The position numbers and the translations under genes were made by a program. From an uncultured delta proteobacterium (GTDB lineage: Bacteria > Myxococcota_A > UBA9160 > SMWR01), in contig CAWHTE010000007.1 of NCBI GenBank assembly GCA_963832165.1, positions 32,001 to 96,000 on the forward strand: a stretch of 64,000 bases of DNA, written 5' to 3'. Shown piece after piece: positions 50,634 through 60,968 of the stretch; the stretch's first letter is position 1, and the number at the start of each line of letters is the position of its first letter. A model generated the notes under the pieces. That model did not search any database and had not been told where the DNA came from. It saw only the letters and a program-made list of their open reading frames with translations.

Positions 50634-51479
50634 GTGACCATGTGCGCTCGCGATATCGCGTTCCGGACTGCGATCGTCTCCGCTCTGTTCGTGCTCGTGA
50701 TGGCTCCGGCCGCCACCGGTCTGCTCAAGCGCTGGTGGAACTGGTCGCTCGGCGGAGTGAAGACGAAGCTGATCGAGGTCCCGCTCGCGGCGCCGATCGG
50801 CATAACACCCTGCCCCGGCGTCAGGCCCGGCGCGATCGTCAACAGCGACACCGGCCAGTGCACGTTCAACGCCGCGTTCGCGGACAGCGAGGGCGGGCTC
50901 TACATGGGTACGGCCGGCCACTGCATCCTCGGCGAGTCGCCGATCGGCGGCGACGTCGGTGAGTTCTCCTGGGCTTCCGGCGCCGGCCCCGTGGCGCGCG
51001 ACAGCGCCGGCGCGCCGATCGGGCGCTTCGTCTATGCGATCCTGCAGGACCCGAAGGACTTCGCGGTGATCGAGCTCGACAGCGGCGTACCGATGAGCGC
51101 ACAGATGTGTCACTTCGGCGGACCGACCGGGATCAACAGTGATCAGCCGGCCGGCCCGGTGGTCCTGCAGCACTACGGCAACGGCCTCGTGATCGGCTCG
51201 GTGCTGCCCGCGCGCACGGGCGTGGCGCTCGGCATGCCCGATCCCGATCACGTCTTCGCCGAGCTCGCAGCGCTGCCGGGGGATTCGGGCAGCCTCGTGA
51301 TCAGCGACGACGGCCGCGCGGTCGGCGTGCTCGTGACCGTGGGCGTGCACGTCGGCGCGATCGGCGTCCCGACCGTGGATGCGGGCATCGTCGGCATCAC
51401 GCGCTTCGCGCCGCAGATCGCACGCGCCGAGGAGATCCTCGGCATCGATCTCACGATGCTGACGGCGCCCACGCTCTGA
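50634..51479 (+). CDS. Secreted trypsin-like (S1) serine protease
   Basis: Catalytic triad motifs GTAGHC, DFAVI and PGDSGS; signal peptide. Confidence 0.88.
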   Translation: MTMCARDIAFRTAIVSALFVLVMAPAATGLLKRWWNWSLGGVKTKLIEVPLAAPIGITPCPGVRPGAIVNSDTGQCTFNAAFADSEGGLYMGTAGHCILGESPIGGDVGEFSWASGAGPVARDSAGAPIGRFVYAILQDPKDFAVIELDSGVPMSAQMCHFGGPTGINSDQPAGPVVLQHYGNGLVIGSVLPARTGVALGMPDPDHVFAELAALPGDSGSLVISDDGRAVGVLVTVGVHVGAIGVPTVDAGIVGITRFAPQIARAEEILGIDLTMLTAPTL

Positions 51480-52362
51480 TCAGCGCGTGGCGCGGATCAG
51501 CCCCTCCTGCACCACCGACGCGAAGCGGACGCCATCGCGCGTGTAGAGCCCGCCCGAAGATCAGGCTGCGCGCTGCATGCCCAACAGGACTCTCGGAGGC
51601 GTAGAGCATCCAGCTCTCGTCGAGCATGAACGAGCCGCGCGCGATCGGGCGGTGGATCCATACCGCGTGGTCGAGGCTCGCCGACATGCGCTTGCTCCAC
51701 GGCAGGCCATGCGCACGCGCGGCGGTCATGAGCAGTGCGCGGTCGGTGAGATAGACCAGCACGGCCACGTGTACGACGGGATCGTCCGGCAGCGGCCCCT
51801 TCACGCGGACCCAGTTGCGCTGGCGCGGCTCGTAGGTCCGTGTAGGGTTCTCGAAGTCGTAGCCGTCGCACAGGCGCAGCTCGACCGCGCTGCTGTGGAT
51901 TGCATCGCGCCGACCCAGCGCACGCGCGCGCTGCGCTTCCCAATCCTCGAGAGTGTCGGGCGGCGGCGCTTCGGGCATCTCGTCCTGGTACGAGATGCCG
52001 GACTCGGGGTGCGCGAAGCTCGCGGCGAGATCGAAGATCGCCTCGCCGCCCTGGTGCGCCACCACGTTGCGCGTGGTGAACGTCTTGCCGTCGCGGATCC
52101 GGTCGACCACGAAGCGGATCGGGAGATCGTGACGGCCCGGGCGCAGGAAGTAGGCGTGCAGCGAGTGGAGCGGCCGGTCGTCAGTGACGGTGCGGTACGC
52201 GGCCACCACGGACTGCGCCGCCACCATGCCGCCGAACAGCCGGCCCTCGCCCGGGCCCGGATCGCCCAGGTAGAGATCGCGGTCGAGCGCTTCGAGCTCG
52301 AGGCAGGCGAGCAGCATCGAGAGTGAGGGAGTCTCCGGCGGTCCGGGGGCGCGCTCGGTCAC
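51480..52362 (-). CDS. tesB: Acyl-CoA thioesterase II; frameshift near 51550
   Basis: RLFGGMVAAQ, HSLHAYFLRPG, RDGKTFTTR and ASLDHAVWIH; the second frame ends ASVVQEGLIR. Confidence 0.9.
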
Positions 52363-52970
52363 GCGGCGCGCTCGAGTGCGTCGCGCACGAGCGCGAGCCG
52401 ATCGTTGCCGAAGTACATGTCGTCGCGGTCGACGAACATCGTGGGCGATCCGAAGCCCCCGCGCGCGATCAGCTCGTCGGTGTTCGCGCGCAGCTTCTCC
52501 TTGTACTCGGGCAGGGCGATCTTCGCGAAGAACTCGCCGCGGTCGAGGCCCGCGCGCGCCACGACTCCCTCGAGCACGGAATCCTGCGAGATGTCGGCGA
52601 GGTCGCCCCAGTAGGCCTCGAACACCGCGCGCGCGTAGCCGGGCAGCACGCCGTGCTCGAGCGCGACGAATGCGCCGCGCATCGCCTTCACGCTGTTCAC
52701 GGGGAACACCGGCGGCTGGCCGATCGCGAGACCGTAGTGGCGCGCCCAATCGGCGAGATCCTTGCCGTAGTAGCGCGCCTTCGCGGGCACGGGCGCGCGG
52801 CGCGCCTCGTAGACCGACGGGTTCACGCTGTTGAACACGCCGCCGACCAGGAACGGGCGCCACACGAGCTGTGCGCGCGTGTCGCGGGCCACCTCCTCCA
52901 CTTTGTGGAATGCGAGGTAGGTCCAGGGGCTCGAGCAGTCGAAGAAGAATTCTAGTGTTGCCATCCTCAT
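52359..52970 (-). CDS. 2-hydroxychromene-2-carboxylate isomerase / GST-kappa (DsbA-like)
   Basis: LEFFFDCSSPWTYLA, WRPFLVGGVF, FPVNS, GGFGSPTMFV and YFGNDRL. Confidence 0.92.
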   Translation of the reverse strand: MRMATLEFFFDCSSPWTYLAFHKVEEVARDTRAQLVWRPFLVGGVFNSVNPSVYEARRAPVPAKARYYGKDLADWARHYGLAIGQPPVFPVNSVKAMRGAFVALEHGVLPGYARAVFEAYWGDLADISQDSVLEGVVARAGLDRGEFFAKIALPEYKEKLRANTDELIARGGFGSPTMFVDRDDMYFGNDRLALVRDALERAA

Positions 52971-54223
52971 CGATCTCCGCGCCCGGGTATACCACTCCGC
53001 AGCGCGTCTTCGTAGATCTCGAGATGTTGCTCCGCAACACGCGCCCAGTCGTGGGCGTCAGCGGTTGCATCCACGCCGTGCGGCAGCGGAGCAGCGAGGG
53101 CCTCGAGAAGCCGTGCCGCGAGGTCGTCGGGATCGCCCGCGAGCGCGAGCCAACCGTTGTGGCCGGGCGCGATCAGATCGGGAACACCGCCCGCGTCGGT
53201 CGCAACGAGCCGCGCGCGCGCGGCGAGCGCCTCGAGCAGCACGGGGGGCGCCGCCTCCGCCTGGCCGCGCCGGTCGACGATCGACGGCACGCACACGGCC
53301 CGGCACGCCTGTAGATGGGCCGCGACGCTCGCGCGGTCGACCGGACCTGCGAACCGCACCCACGCCGCGAGCCCGAGCTCGCGCGCGAAAGCGCGCAGCT
53401 CTTCCTCGAGCGGGCCGCCGCCGAGCGCGACGAGACCCAGGCCCGGGTGCCGCTCCCGTACGCGCGGCAGCGCGCGCAGCAGCACGTCGAGCCCCTTCTG
53501 CTCGACGAGCCGCCCCGCATACAGCACGAAGCCATCCGGAAACGGGTCCGAGATGCGCGGCGATTCCGTGCTGCGGAAGTGAATGACGTCGACGCCCCCC
53601 GGCACCCTGCGCGCGTTCGAGGGCTCACCGAGCACGCGGTCGAAGCACTCGCGCGCGCTCTGGGCCGGCGCCAGCACGGCATCGCTGCGCGCGGCGATCC
53701 AACGCGCGAGCGCGCGCGACCCGGGGATGCGCGGCAGGAAGTAGGCGTCGCTGCCGCACAGCGATGTCACGTGTGTAAATCGGCGCTGGCGCCCTCGTAC
53801 CCACGCCGCCGCGAGCCCCTGCGGCAGAACCCCCAGCGAATGCACCACTTCGCAGCCGATCGAGTCGGCGAGCGCAGCGAGCGCGCGCGTCTGCGCGGCG
53901 ACGAAGCCCGGAATCTGGAGCTGCGCGCGCGCCGAGCGGTGGAGCGTCTCGCGCAACCCCGCGCCGTAGGCGAGCCGCTGCTGGGAGCGCGGCACGAAGT
54001 ACGAGAAGCGCCGGATCTCGAGCTCGTCCCAGCGCTCCCGATCGGCCGCACCCGGCTGTGACGGCGCGAGCACCGTCACGCTCGCGTGCCGCTGCAGTGC
54101 GCGGCAGAAGTCGAGCGCCGCGCGCGGCCCCCCGTCTTCGGGGTGAAGCGGGAAGCCGCTCGTGACGATCAGCACGCGCAGCGAGAGCGGATCGCGGCTG
54201 GTGCTCGTGGCCCGCTTGCCTAG
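52967..54223 (-). CDS. Glycosyltransferase family 4
   Basis: RVLIVTSGFP, YAGRLVEQKG, GGGP, VPS, LEALA and TDAGGVPD. Start codon uncertain (54175-54223). Confidence 0.88.
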   Translation of the reverse strand, partial: LGKRATSTSRDPLSLRVLIVTSGFPLHPEDGGPRAALDFCRALQRHASVTVLAPSQPGAADRERWDELEIRRFSYFVPRSQQRLAYGAGLRETLHRSARAQLQIPGFVAAQTRALAALADSIGCEVVHSLGVLPQGLAAAWVRGRQRRFTHVTSLCGSDAYFLPRIPGSRALARWIAARSDAVLAPAQSARECFDRVLGEPSNARRVPGGVDVIHFRSTESPRISDPFPDGFVLYAGRLVEQKGLDVLLRALPRVRERHPGLGLVALGGGPLEEELRAFARELGLAAWVRFAGPVDRASVAAHLQACRAVCVPSIVDRRGQAEAAPPVLLEALAARARLVATDAGGVPDLIAPGHNGWLALAGDPDDLAARLLEALAAPLPHGVDATADAHDWARVAEQHLEIYEDALRSGIPGRGDR

Positions 54224-54792
54224 CGTTCGGCCGCGTCGAATGCGGCGTCGAGCGCATCGAGCGCGAGGCGCTCTTCGGGCGACACGCTCGGTGTCGTGTC
54301 GAGGAAGCCACCCGCTGCGTTCGCCACCGACCAGGCGCGGCCCATCAACTTCGTGCGCAGCGCGGAGCGCTCGCGCTCGTTGAGCGAACTCGCGATCGCC
54401 GCGATGAACTCGCACCAGATCTCTCGGATCTCCCGCGCGGGCCGCTCCATCGTCCAGATCTCGAGCAGCCGGTAGCTCGCGCTCTCGGGAGCGATTCCAC
54501 TCGTGGCCGCGCCGCGCAGCACCGCCTCGCGCTCCTTTGCATGCATCACGCCATCGGCCCAGGCGGTCTCGATCAACGGAATCAGCGTGAGCGCAGCAAG
54601 CGTCTCGGGGCGGATCCCGAGCTCGACGAGCCGCGCGAGCAGGTCGGGATCGTCGATCCCCGTGGCGCGGCCCAGCGCACCCGCGGCTGCGGCCTCCTCC
54701 GCGGCGAGCGCGCTGCGGAACGACGCGACGTCCCTCTTGTAGAAGGCCGCTTCGATCGAGCGGGCGAAGCGTTCGAGAGCATCCGCGGGCAT
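54220..54792 (-). CDS. TerB-like hypothetical protein
   Basis: IPLIETAWADG...EREAVL and VANAAGGF...VSPEERLAL TerB-type motifs. Confidence 0.65.
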   Translation of the reverse strand: MPADALERFARSIEAAFYKRDVASFRSALAAEEAAAAGALGRATGIDDPDLLARLVELGIRPETLAALTLIPLIETAWADGVMHAKEREAVLRGAATSGIAPESASYRLLEIWTMERPAREIREIWCEFIAAIASSLNERERSALRTKLMGRAWSVANAAGGFLDTTPSVSPEERLALDALDAAFDAAER

Positions 54793-54869
54793 CGCCGCAG
54801 CATGATAAACCACTTCCCGCTCTGTTCCCGCCGATTGCGAACGGGAGGGCGCCGCACCAGAATCGCGCC

Positions 54870-56829
54870 ATGCAAGTCCGCGCACGCGCTTCGATACCGC
54901 TGCTCATCGCGCTCGCATGGCTCGCGTGCGGACCCGCGGTCCCGATACCGAGCGGCGGGCCGATCGCGGGCTGGCCCGAATACGGTGGTACCGCGGGCGG
55001 AACGCGCCATTCGCCGCTGACCCAGATCACGCCCGAGAACGTCGGCGCGCTCGACGTGGCCTGGACCTATCACACGGGCGACATGGAGGACGGCTCACAT
55101 GGCCTCGGGATGCGCTCGAGCTTCCAGGCCACTCCGATCCTCGTGAACGACACGCTCTACTTCTGCACGCCGTTCAATCGCGTGATCGCGCTCGACGCCG
55201 AGAGCGGCGCAGAGCGCTGGACGTACGATCCGCACGCGTCACGCGAAGGCGTGTACAACATGAATTGCCGTGGCGTGTCGGCGTGGGTCGATTCGCGCGC
55301 GCCCGAGGACGCGAGCTGCCGCACGCGCATCTACACGGGCACGCTCGATGCGCGGCTGATCGCGCTCGACGCGGCCACCGGCACCCCGTGCGCGGATTTC
55401 GGGTCCGCCGGCACCGTGGACCTGCGCGAGGGCATCGGCGACGTCAAACCCGGTGAGTACGGAGTGACCTCGGCGCCGACGGTGATCGGCGATCGCGTGA
55501 TCACGGGCGCGCTCGTGCTCGACAACCGCCGCACCGACTCGCCAGGCGGCGTCGTGCGCGCCTGGGATGCGCGCACGGGTGCGCGCGTGTGGGCGTGGGA
55601 TCCGGTGCCGCCGGGCAGCCCCGCGTTCCCGGGCGAACCCGGCCACGCGTACCGGCGCGGTACGGCCAACGCATGGACTCCGTTCTCGGCCGATCCCGCG
55701 CTCGGCCTCGTCTACGTGCCCACGGGCAACACGTCGCCCGACTACTACGGCGGACAGCGCGACGGCCTCGACTTCTACTCGAGCTCGGTCGTCGCGCTCG
55801 ACGCCGACACGGGTCTCGTGCGCTGGCACTTCCGCACCGTGCACCACGACCTGTGGGACTACGACGCGCCCGCGCAGCCCGTGTTCCTCGATTTCGCGGC
55901 GAACGGCGCCGCGGTTCCCGCGCTGATCCAGGCCACCAAGATGGGCCATCTGTTCTTCCTCGATCGGCGCACCGGCACGCCGCTGTTCCCCGTCGAGGAG
56001 CGCCCGGTTCCGCAGGGCGCCGCACCCGGCGAGACGCTGTCGCCGACCCAGCCCTTCCCGATCGAAGCCTCTGCCGATCCACCCCGCCACGCTCACACCC
56101 GACGATGCGTTCGGCTTCACACCCTGGGACCGCGCCAAGTGCCGCGAGCTCATCGCGGGCGCGCGCTCCGAGGGCATCTTCACGCCGCCCTCGCTCGAGG
56201 GCACGATCCAGTTTCCGGGCATGGTCGGCGGCTCGAACTGGGGCAGCGGCAGCGTCGACCCCGACCGACACCTGTTCGTGATCAACACGGTCCAGCTCGC
56301 CACCTACATCCGCCTCGTGCCGCGCGCGGAGTACGAGAAGCAGTTCCCCGACGGACCGCCCGCGTTCGGCTACGAGCCGCAGGAGGGAACTCCCTACGCA
56401 CTCCAGCGTCACTTCCTGTCCTCTCCGTTCGGCGCACCGTGCAATCCGCCGCCGTGGGGAACGCTCGTGGCTGTCGACGTCGCCACGGGTGAGAAGCGCT
56501 GGGAGATTCCGCTCGGCACCGCGCGCGACCTCGCGCCGTTCCCGATCTGGATGATGGTTCCGAAGGGCGTGCCGAGCATCGGCGGCCCGATCACCACCGC
56601 GAGCGGGCTCACCTTCATCGGCGCGACCACCGATCGCTACCTGCGTGCGTTCCGCACCGAGACCGGAGAGGAGCTCTGGCGCGCGCGACTTCCGACGACG
56701 GCGCACGCGACTCCGATGACCTACCGCCTGCGCGAGGACGGCCGCCAGTACGTCGTCGTGGCCGCGGGTGGACACGGCTTGATTCCGAGCAAGCCCGGCG
56801 ACGCGCTGATCGCGTTCACGCTGCCGTAA
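54870..56829 (+). CDS. PQQ-dependent dehydrogenase (glucose/quinate/shikimate family); frameshift near 56065
   Basis: WPEYGG...HSPLTQITPENV, QATP, CRGV, HHDLWDYD, GGSNWG, PPWGTL and ATPMTY...QYVVVAAGG. Confidence 0.93.
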
Positions 56830-56937
56830 GGGGGATCCGCCCCAGACCCGTGCAGGTCTGCGTTTCGCCGCATCTTCGCAGCGCCGTGCAAGATTTTCTC
56901 TTCACCGCGCGCGCGACTTGTGCTTGGATCATGGGTG

Positions 56938-57420
56938 ATGCAGACGGTCGCACTCTCGAAATGGGCGATCGACAACGAGCCCGATCTCACGCGCGAAGCG
57001 TACGCGCTGATCGAGTGCGGCGGAGCGGAAGACTGCGGCTGCGAGGAGTGTTTCAACTTCGCAACCACGCGCCACCTGGTCTACAGCCCGGAGGTGCTCG
57101 AGTTCCTGGATTGGCTGGGGATCGACCCGCAGCTCGAAGCGTGGGCGCGCCACGAGTCGCGCCTCGCGGCCGGCCGACACCGCTACACGGTGAGCTTCTA
57201 TCTGGTCGGTCGGATCGCGCGCGGCCCCGCGACGACGATCGCGCGCCGCAACGGGCGCACGGTCGAATCGTTCGAGCGCGCCGGCGACGTCGAGGTGGGA
57301 TTCTGCGCCGACACGTCGGATGCACCCGAGGCGTTCCGCGGCCTGCCCTGCGTGCGGCTCGAAGTGCGCGTGGTCGCGCCGTGGATCGCCAACGGGCCCG
57401 AGCCGCTTGGAAACAACTGA
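56938..57420 (+). CDS. Hypothetical protein with CxCxxC motif
   Basis: EDCGCEECFNF; compact ORF in a tandem plus-strand run. Confidence 0.6.
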   Translation: MQTVALSKWAIDNEPDLTREAYALIECGGAEDCGCEECFNFATTRHLVYSPEVLEFLDWLGIDPQLEAWARHESRLAAGRHRYTVSFYLVGRIARGPATTIARRNGRTVESFERAGDVEVGFCADTSDAPEAFRGLPCVRLEVRVVAPWIANGPEPLGNN

Positions 57421-57943
57421 ACCGAACGCGCCATTGGAAGACCCCCAGCTCGAGACCGAGCGCCTCTGGCTGCGCCAGTTTCGCGGCGACGATCTCGACG
57501 CGTACGCGCGCATCACGAGCGATGCCGAGACCATGCGCTACATCGCGCGCGGCGAGCCGATGGACCGCGACGAAGCGTGGCGCTCACTCGCCTACATCGT
57601 CGGCCATTGGCGGATTCGCGGTTATGGGCTCTGGGCCGCCGAGGACAAAGCGAGCGGCGCGCTGATCGGGCGGATCGGGCTCTACCGGCCCGAGGGCTGG
57701 CCCGGCCTCGAGGTGGGGTGGCTCGTCGCGCGCGAGCGCTGGGGCGAGGGGCTCGCCACGGAGGGCGGGCGCGCAGCGCTCGAATACGCGTTCGCGGTGG
57801 TCGGTGCGCGCCGCACGATCAGCGCGATCGCGCCCGAAAACACGGCGTCGATCCGCGTCGCCGAGAAGCTCGGGCTTCGTCATGCCGAGGCGCGTCAGAT
57901 CGCGGGGCGATCGGTTTCGATCTACGCGATCGATCGACCCTGA
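57407..57943 (+). CDS. GNAT N-acetyltransferase (RimJ/RimL type)
   Basis: LETERLWLR, EVGW...WGEGLATE and NTASIRVAEKLG. Confidence 0.9.
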   Translation: METTEPNAPLEDPQLETERLWLRQFRGDDLDAYARITSDAETMRYIARGEPMDRDEAWRSLAYIVGHWRIRGYGLWAAEDKASGALIGRIGLYRPEGWPGLEVGWLVARERWGEGLATEGGRAALEYAFAVVGARRTISAIAPENTASIRVAEKLGLRHAEARQIAGRSVSIYAIDRP

Positions 57944-57962
57944 TCGCGCGACGCCGGACCCG

Positions 57963-58727
57963 CTACGGAATCGGCGACAAGAACGCGCGATCGCGCTCGA
58001 GCTCGTCCGCGAGCCATTCGCCGAGCCCCGCGCGCAGTGCGAACTCGATCCGGTCGTTGCGCCAGTGCAGACGCTTCGGGTCGAACAGGCTGTCGGGCTG
58101 TTGCGACGCCGCGTAGCCCTCGGCGAGCTCGCGCATCGCGCGTTTGAGCGAGGGCCGCGCCGCCCCGCGCGCCAGCCACGCCGCGAGTGCGGGGTGCTTC
58201 TCGTCGGGCGGATACCCCATGAAGGCCGCCGAGCGCAGGTGGGGTGTGAGGGCGATGTCGACGAGCGAGAATGCGCCGAGGAACCACTCGCGTCCCGCGA
58301 GCTCGCGCTCGAGATAGGTGTAGTGGCGCGTGAGCACTTCTTCGCTGCGCGCGAGCGCATCGGGCACCTGCTGCACGAGCTCGGGCCGCGTGAGCTTGAT
58401 GATCCCGAGCAAGAACACGCACGCGTCGATTTCGGTGTCGGACTTCAGCTCGAGGTAGCGACAGCGAGCGCGCTGCGCGAGGTCGCCTGGGTAGAGCGGC
58501 GGGTCCGGGTAGCGCTCCTCGAGATAGGCGCAGATCACCTTCGAATCGCACAGGACCGCACCGTCGTCGACGAGCGCGGGAACCTCTCCGCGCGGGTTCA
58601 CGCGCAGCAGGAGCTCGCGGTCGGCGTGCGTGCGGATCTCGCGCTTCTCGTGCGCGAGGTCCTTCTCATAGAGCGCCGCGCGCACCTTGAATGCGTAGGG
58701 ACTGAAGGGGTTGTCGTAGAGATCCAC
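57963..58727 (-). CDS. Glutathione S-transferase family protein
   Basis: SPYAFKVR, NPRGEVPAL, DSKVICAYLEE and FSLVDIA; GGAGG RBS. Confidence 0.9.
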   Translation of the reverse strand: MDLYDNPFSPYAFKVRAALYEKDLAHEKREIRTHADRELLLRVNPRGEVPALVDDGAVLCDSKVICAYLEERYPDPPLYPGDLAQRARCRYLELKSDTEIDACVFLLGIIKLTRPELVQQVPDALARSEEVLTRHYTYLERELAGREWFLGAFSLVDIALTPHLRSAAFMGYPPDEKHPALAAWLARGAARPSLKRAMRELAEGYAASQQPDSLFDPKRLHWRNDRIEFALRAGLGEWLADELERDRAFLSPIP

Positions 58728-58806
58728 TCCACCCTCCGATTCGCGTGCGAGCGTAGCTCCCACTGCTCCTGTGGCATAATCGCGCCCCGTACCCCCGGAG
58801 TCCTCC

Positions 58807-59547
58807 ATGGAGATCCGCGCCGGCACCAGCGGCTACTCCTACAAGGAGTGGAGGGGGAACTTCTACCCGGCGAAGATCGCGCCGGCCGAGATGCTCGCCT
58901 ACTACGCCGCGCGTCTGTCCGCGGTGGAAATCAACAACACCTTCTATCGCATGCCCAGGCGCGAGGTCGTGGAGAGCTGGGCCAATGCCGTGCCCGATAC
59001 GTTCCGCTTCGCGGTAAAGGTGAGCCAGCGCATCACGCACCGGAAACGCCTCGCGGACGTCGAGGAGGAGCTCGACTATCTGCTGGGTCAGCTCGAGCCA
59101 CTGGGTGCGCGGCTCGGTCTGCTGCTCGTGCAGCTGCCTCCGAACCTGCCCGCCGATCTCGCGCGCCTCGAGCGCTTCCTCGATCACCTCGCCGCGCGCG
59201 CGCGAGCCGCGTTCGAGTTCCGCCACGCATCCTGGCTCACCGAGCCCGTGTTCGCCTGTCTGCACGAACGCGGCGCGGCGCTCGTCGCGTCGGAGACGGA
59301 CGAGACTCCCGCCGCTCTCCAACCGACCGCGCGCTTCGGCTATCTGCGCCTGCGGCGCAGCGATTACCACGCCGGTGATCTCGCCGATTGGCTCGCGCGC
59401 GTGCGCGCACTGGCCTGGGAAGAGACGTACGTGTTCTTCAAGCACGAGGCGTCGGGGCCCGCGCTCGCAGCCGAGTTCGCCGGGCTCGCTCGCACGGGTC
59501 GCGCGATTCCCGTGCGCCGCGGCGAGCGCGCGCGCGACGTCGGCTGA
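58807..59547 (+). CDS. DUF72-family protein
   Basis: GTSGYSYKEWRGNFYP, VEINNTFY, ITH, QLPP, EFRHASW and YLRLR. Confidence 0.93.
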   Translation: MEIRAGTSGYSYKEWRGNFYPAKIAPAEMLAYYAARLSAVEINNTFYRMPRREVVESWANAVPDTFRFAVKVSQRITHRKRLADVEEELDYLLGQLEPLGARLGLLLVQLPPNLPADLARLERFLDHLAARARAAFEFRHASWLTEPVFACLHERGAALVASETDETPAALQPTARFGYLRLRRSDYHAGDLADWLARVRALAWEETYVFFKHEASGPALAAEFAGLARTGRAIPVRRGERARDVG

Positions 59548-59554
59548 TCGCGCG

Positions 59555-60964
59555 ATGCGCCAGCGCCTCGCTGCTCCGCTCGCGATCGCCGCTGTGCTCG
59601 CGCATGGCGCCACCGCCCACGCCGGTGCGCCCGAGTGGCCGTCGCTCGAAGACGAGGCGGTGCGCCTGCTCACGCGCTATGTGCGGCTCGACACGACCAA
59701 TCCGCCCGGCAACGAGCGCAGCGCGGCCGAGTTCTTCCAGAAGCTGTTCGAGCGCGACCGGATCCCCTCGCAGATCTACGAGTCGGCTCCGGGCCGCGCG
59801 AACATCGTCGCGCGTCTCTCCGGCGACGGCTCGAAGCCCGCGGTCGTGCTGATGCACCACATGGACGTCGTGCCCGCGGAGGCACGGTTCTGGAAGGTCG
59901 CCCCGTTCTCGGGCGAGATCCGAGACGGCGCGGTGTGGGGACGCGGCGCGATCGACGACAAGGGGATGGGAATCGCGAGTGCGGTCGCGGTGCTCGCGCT
60001 CGCGCGCGGGCACACCTCGCTCGCGGGCGACGTGGTCTTCCTGGGCGTCGCGGACGAAGAGGCAGGCGGCGCGTTCGGCGCGGGCTTCATGGCGAAGAAG
60101 CATCTCGATCTGTTCGCGAACGTCGGGGTGATCCTGAACGAGGGGGGATACATCGCGGTCGATCGCGCGGGTGCTGTGAGTTACTACGCGGTGGAGACCG
60201 CGCAGAAGGCTCCGCTCTGGCTGCGCCTCACCGCGACGGGTCCCCCGGGCCACGGCTCGATGCCGCGCGCCGATTCCGCACCGGGCCGGATCGTCGCCGC
60301 GCTCGCGCGCATCGAAGCCTGGTCAACACCACTGCACGTGGGCCCCGAGGTGCAACGCTTCTACGCCGACACGGCTCATCTCGAGAGCGGTGCGCGGCGC
60401 GAGCGCCTGCGCGATCTGCGCGGCGCTCTCGAAGATCCGAAGTTCGCGGCCGAGTTTACGGCCAATCCACGCCAGAACGCGCAAGTGCGCAATACGATCT
60501 CGCTGACAGTGCTCTCGAGCGGAAGCAAGACCAACGTGATCCCGCCCGAGGCCACCGCCGAGCTCGATGTGCGGCTGCTGCCCGATCAGGATCCGAAAGC
60601 CTTCGTGGACGAGCTCAAACAGGTGATCGCCGACGACAAGGTCCGGATCGATACGCTGCTCTCGTTCGCACCCGCCTCGTCTCCGCAGGAGCACGAGCTG
60701 TTCGAGGTGCTGCGCGGGATCGCGGCGCGCCGCCATCCGGGTGCGACGGTTTCCAGCCCGCTCGCGATCGGATTCACCGATTGCCACCACTTCCGCGAGC
60801 GCGGCATCCCCTGTTATGGCTTCGTCCCCTTCGAGCTGGGCGACCGCGACTCCTCGCTCGTGCACGGCAACGACGAGCACCTCTCGATTGCGAACCTCAA
60901 ATCGGGCACACGCCTGTTCTACGAGCTGGTTTCGCACCTCGCGGGCGCGCGCGCAGAGCCGTGA
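59555..60964 (+). CDS. Secreted M20/M25/M40 metallopeptidase
   Basis: HMDVVP, GRGAIDDKG, DEEAGG, GHGS and HGNDE. Confidence 0.92.
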   Translation: MRQRLAAPLAIAAVLAHGATAHAGAPEWPSLEDEAVRLLTRYVRLDTTNPPGNERSAAEFFQKLFERDRIPSQIYESAPGRANIVARLSGDGSKPAVVLMHHMDVVPAEARFWKVAPFSGEIRDGAVWGRGAIDDKGMGIASAVAVLALARGHTSLAGDVVFLGVADEEAGGAFGAGFMAKKHLDLFANVGVILNEGGYIAVDRAGAVSYYAVETAQKAPLWLRLTATGPPGHGSMPRADSAPGRIVAALARIEAWSTPLHVGPEVQRFYADTAHLESGARRERLRDLRGALEDPKFAAEFTANPRQNAQVRNTISLTVLSSGSKTNVIPPEATAELDVRLLPDQDPKAFVDELKQVIADDKVRIDTLLSFAPASSPQEHELFEVLRGIAARRHPGATVSSPLAIGFTDCHHFRERGIPCYGFVPFELGDRDSSLVHGNDEHLSIANLKSGTRLFYELVSHLAGARAEP

Positions 60965-60968
60965 GTTC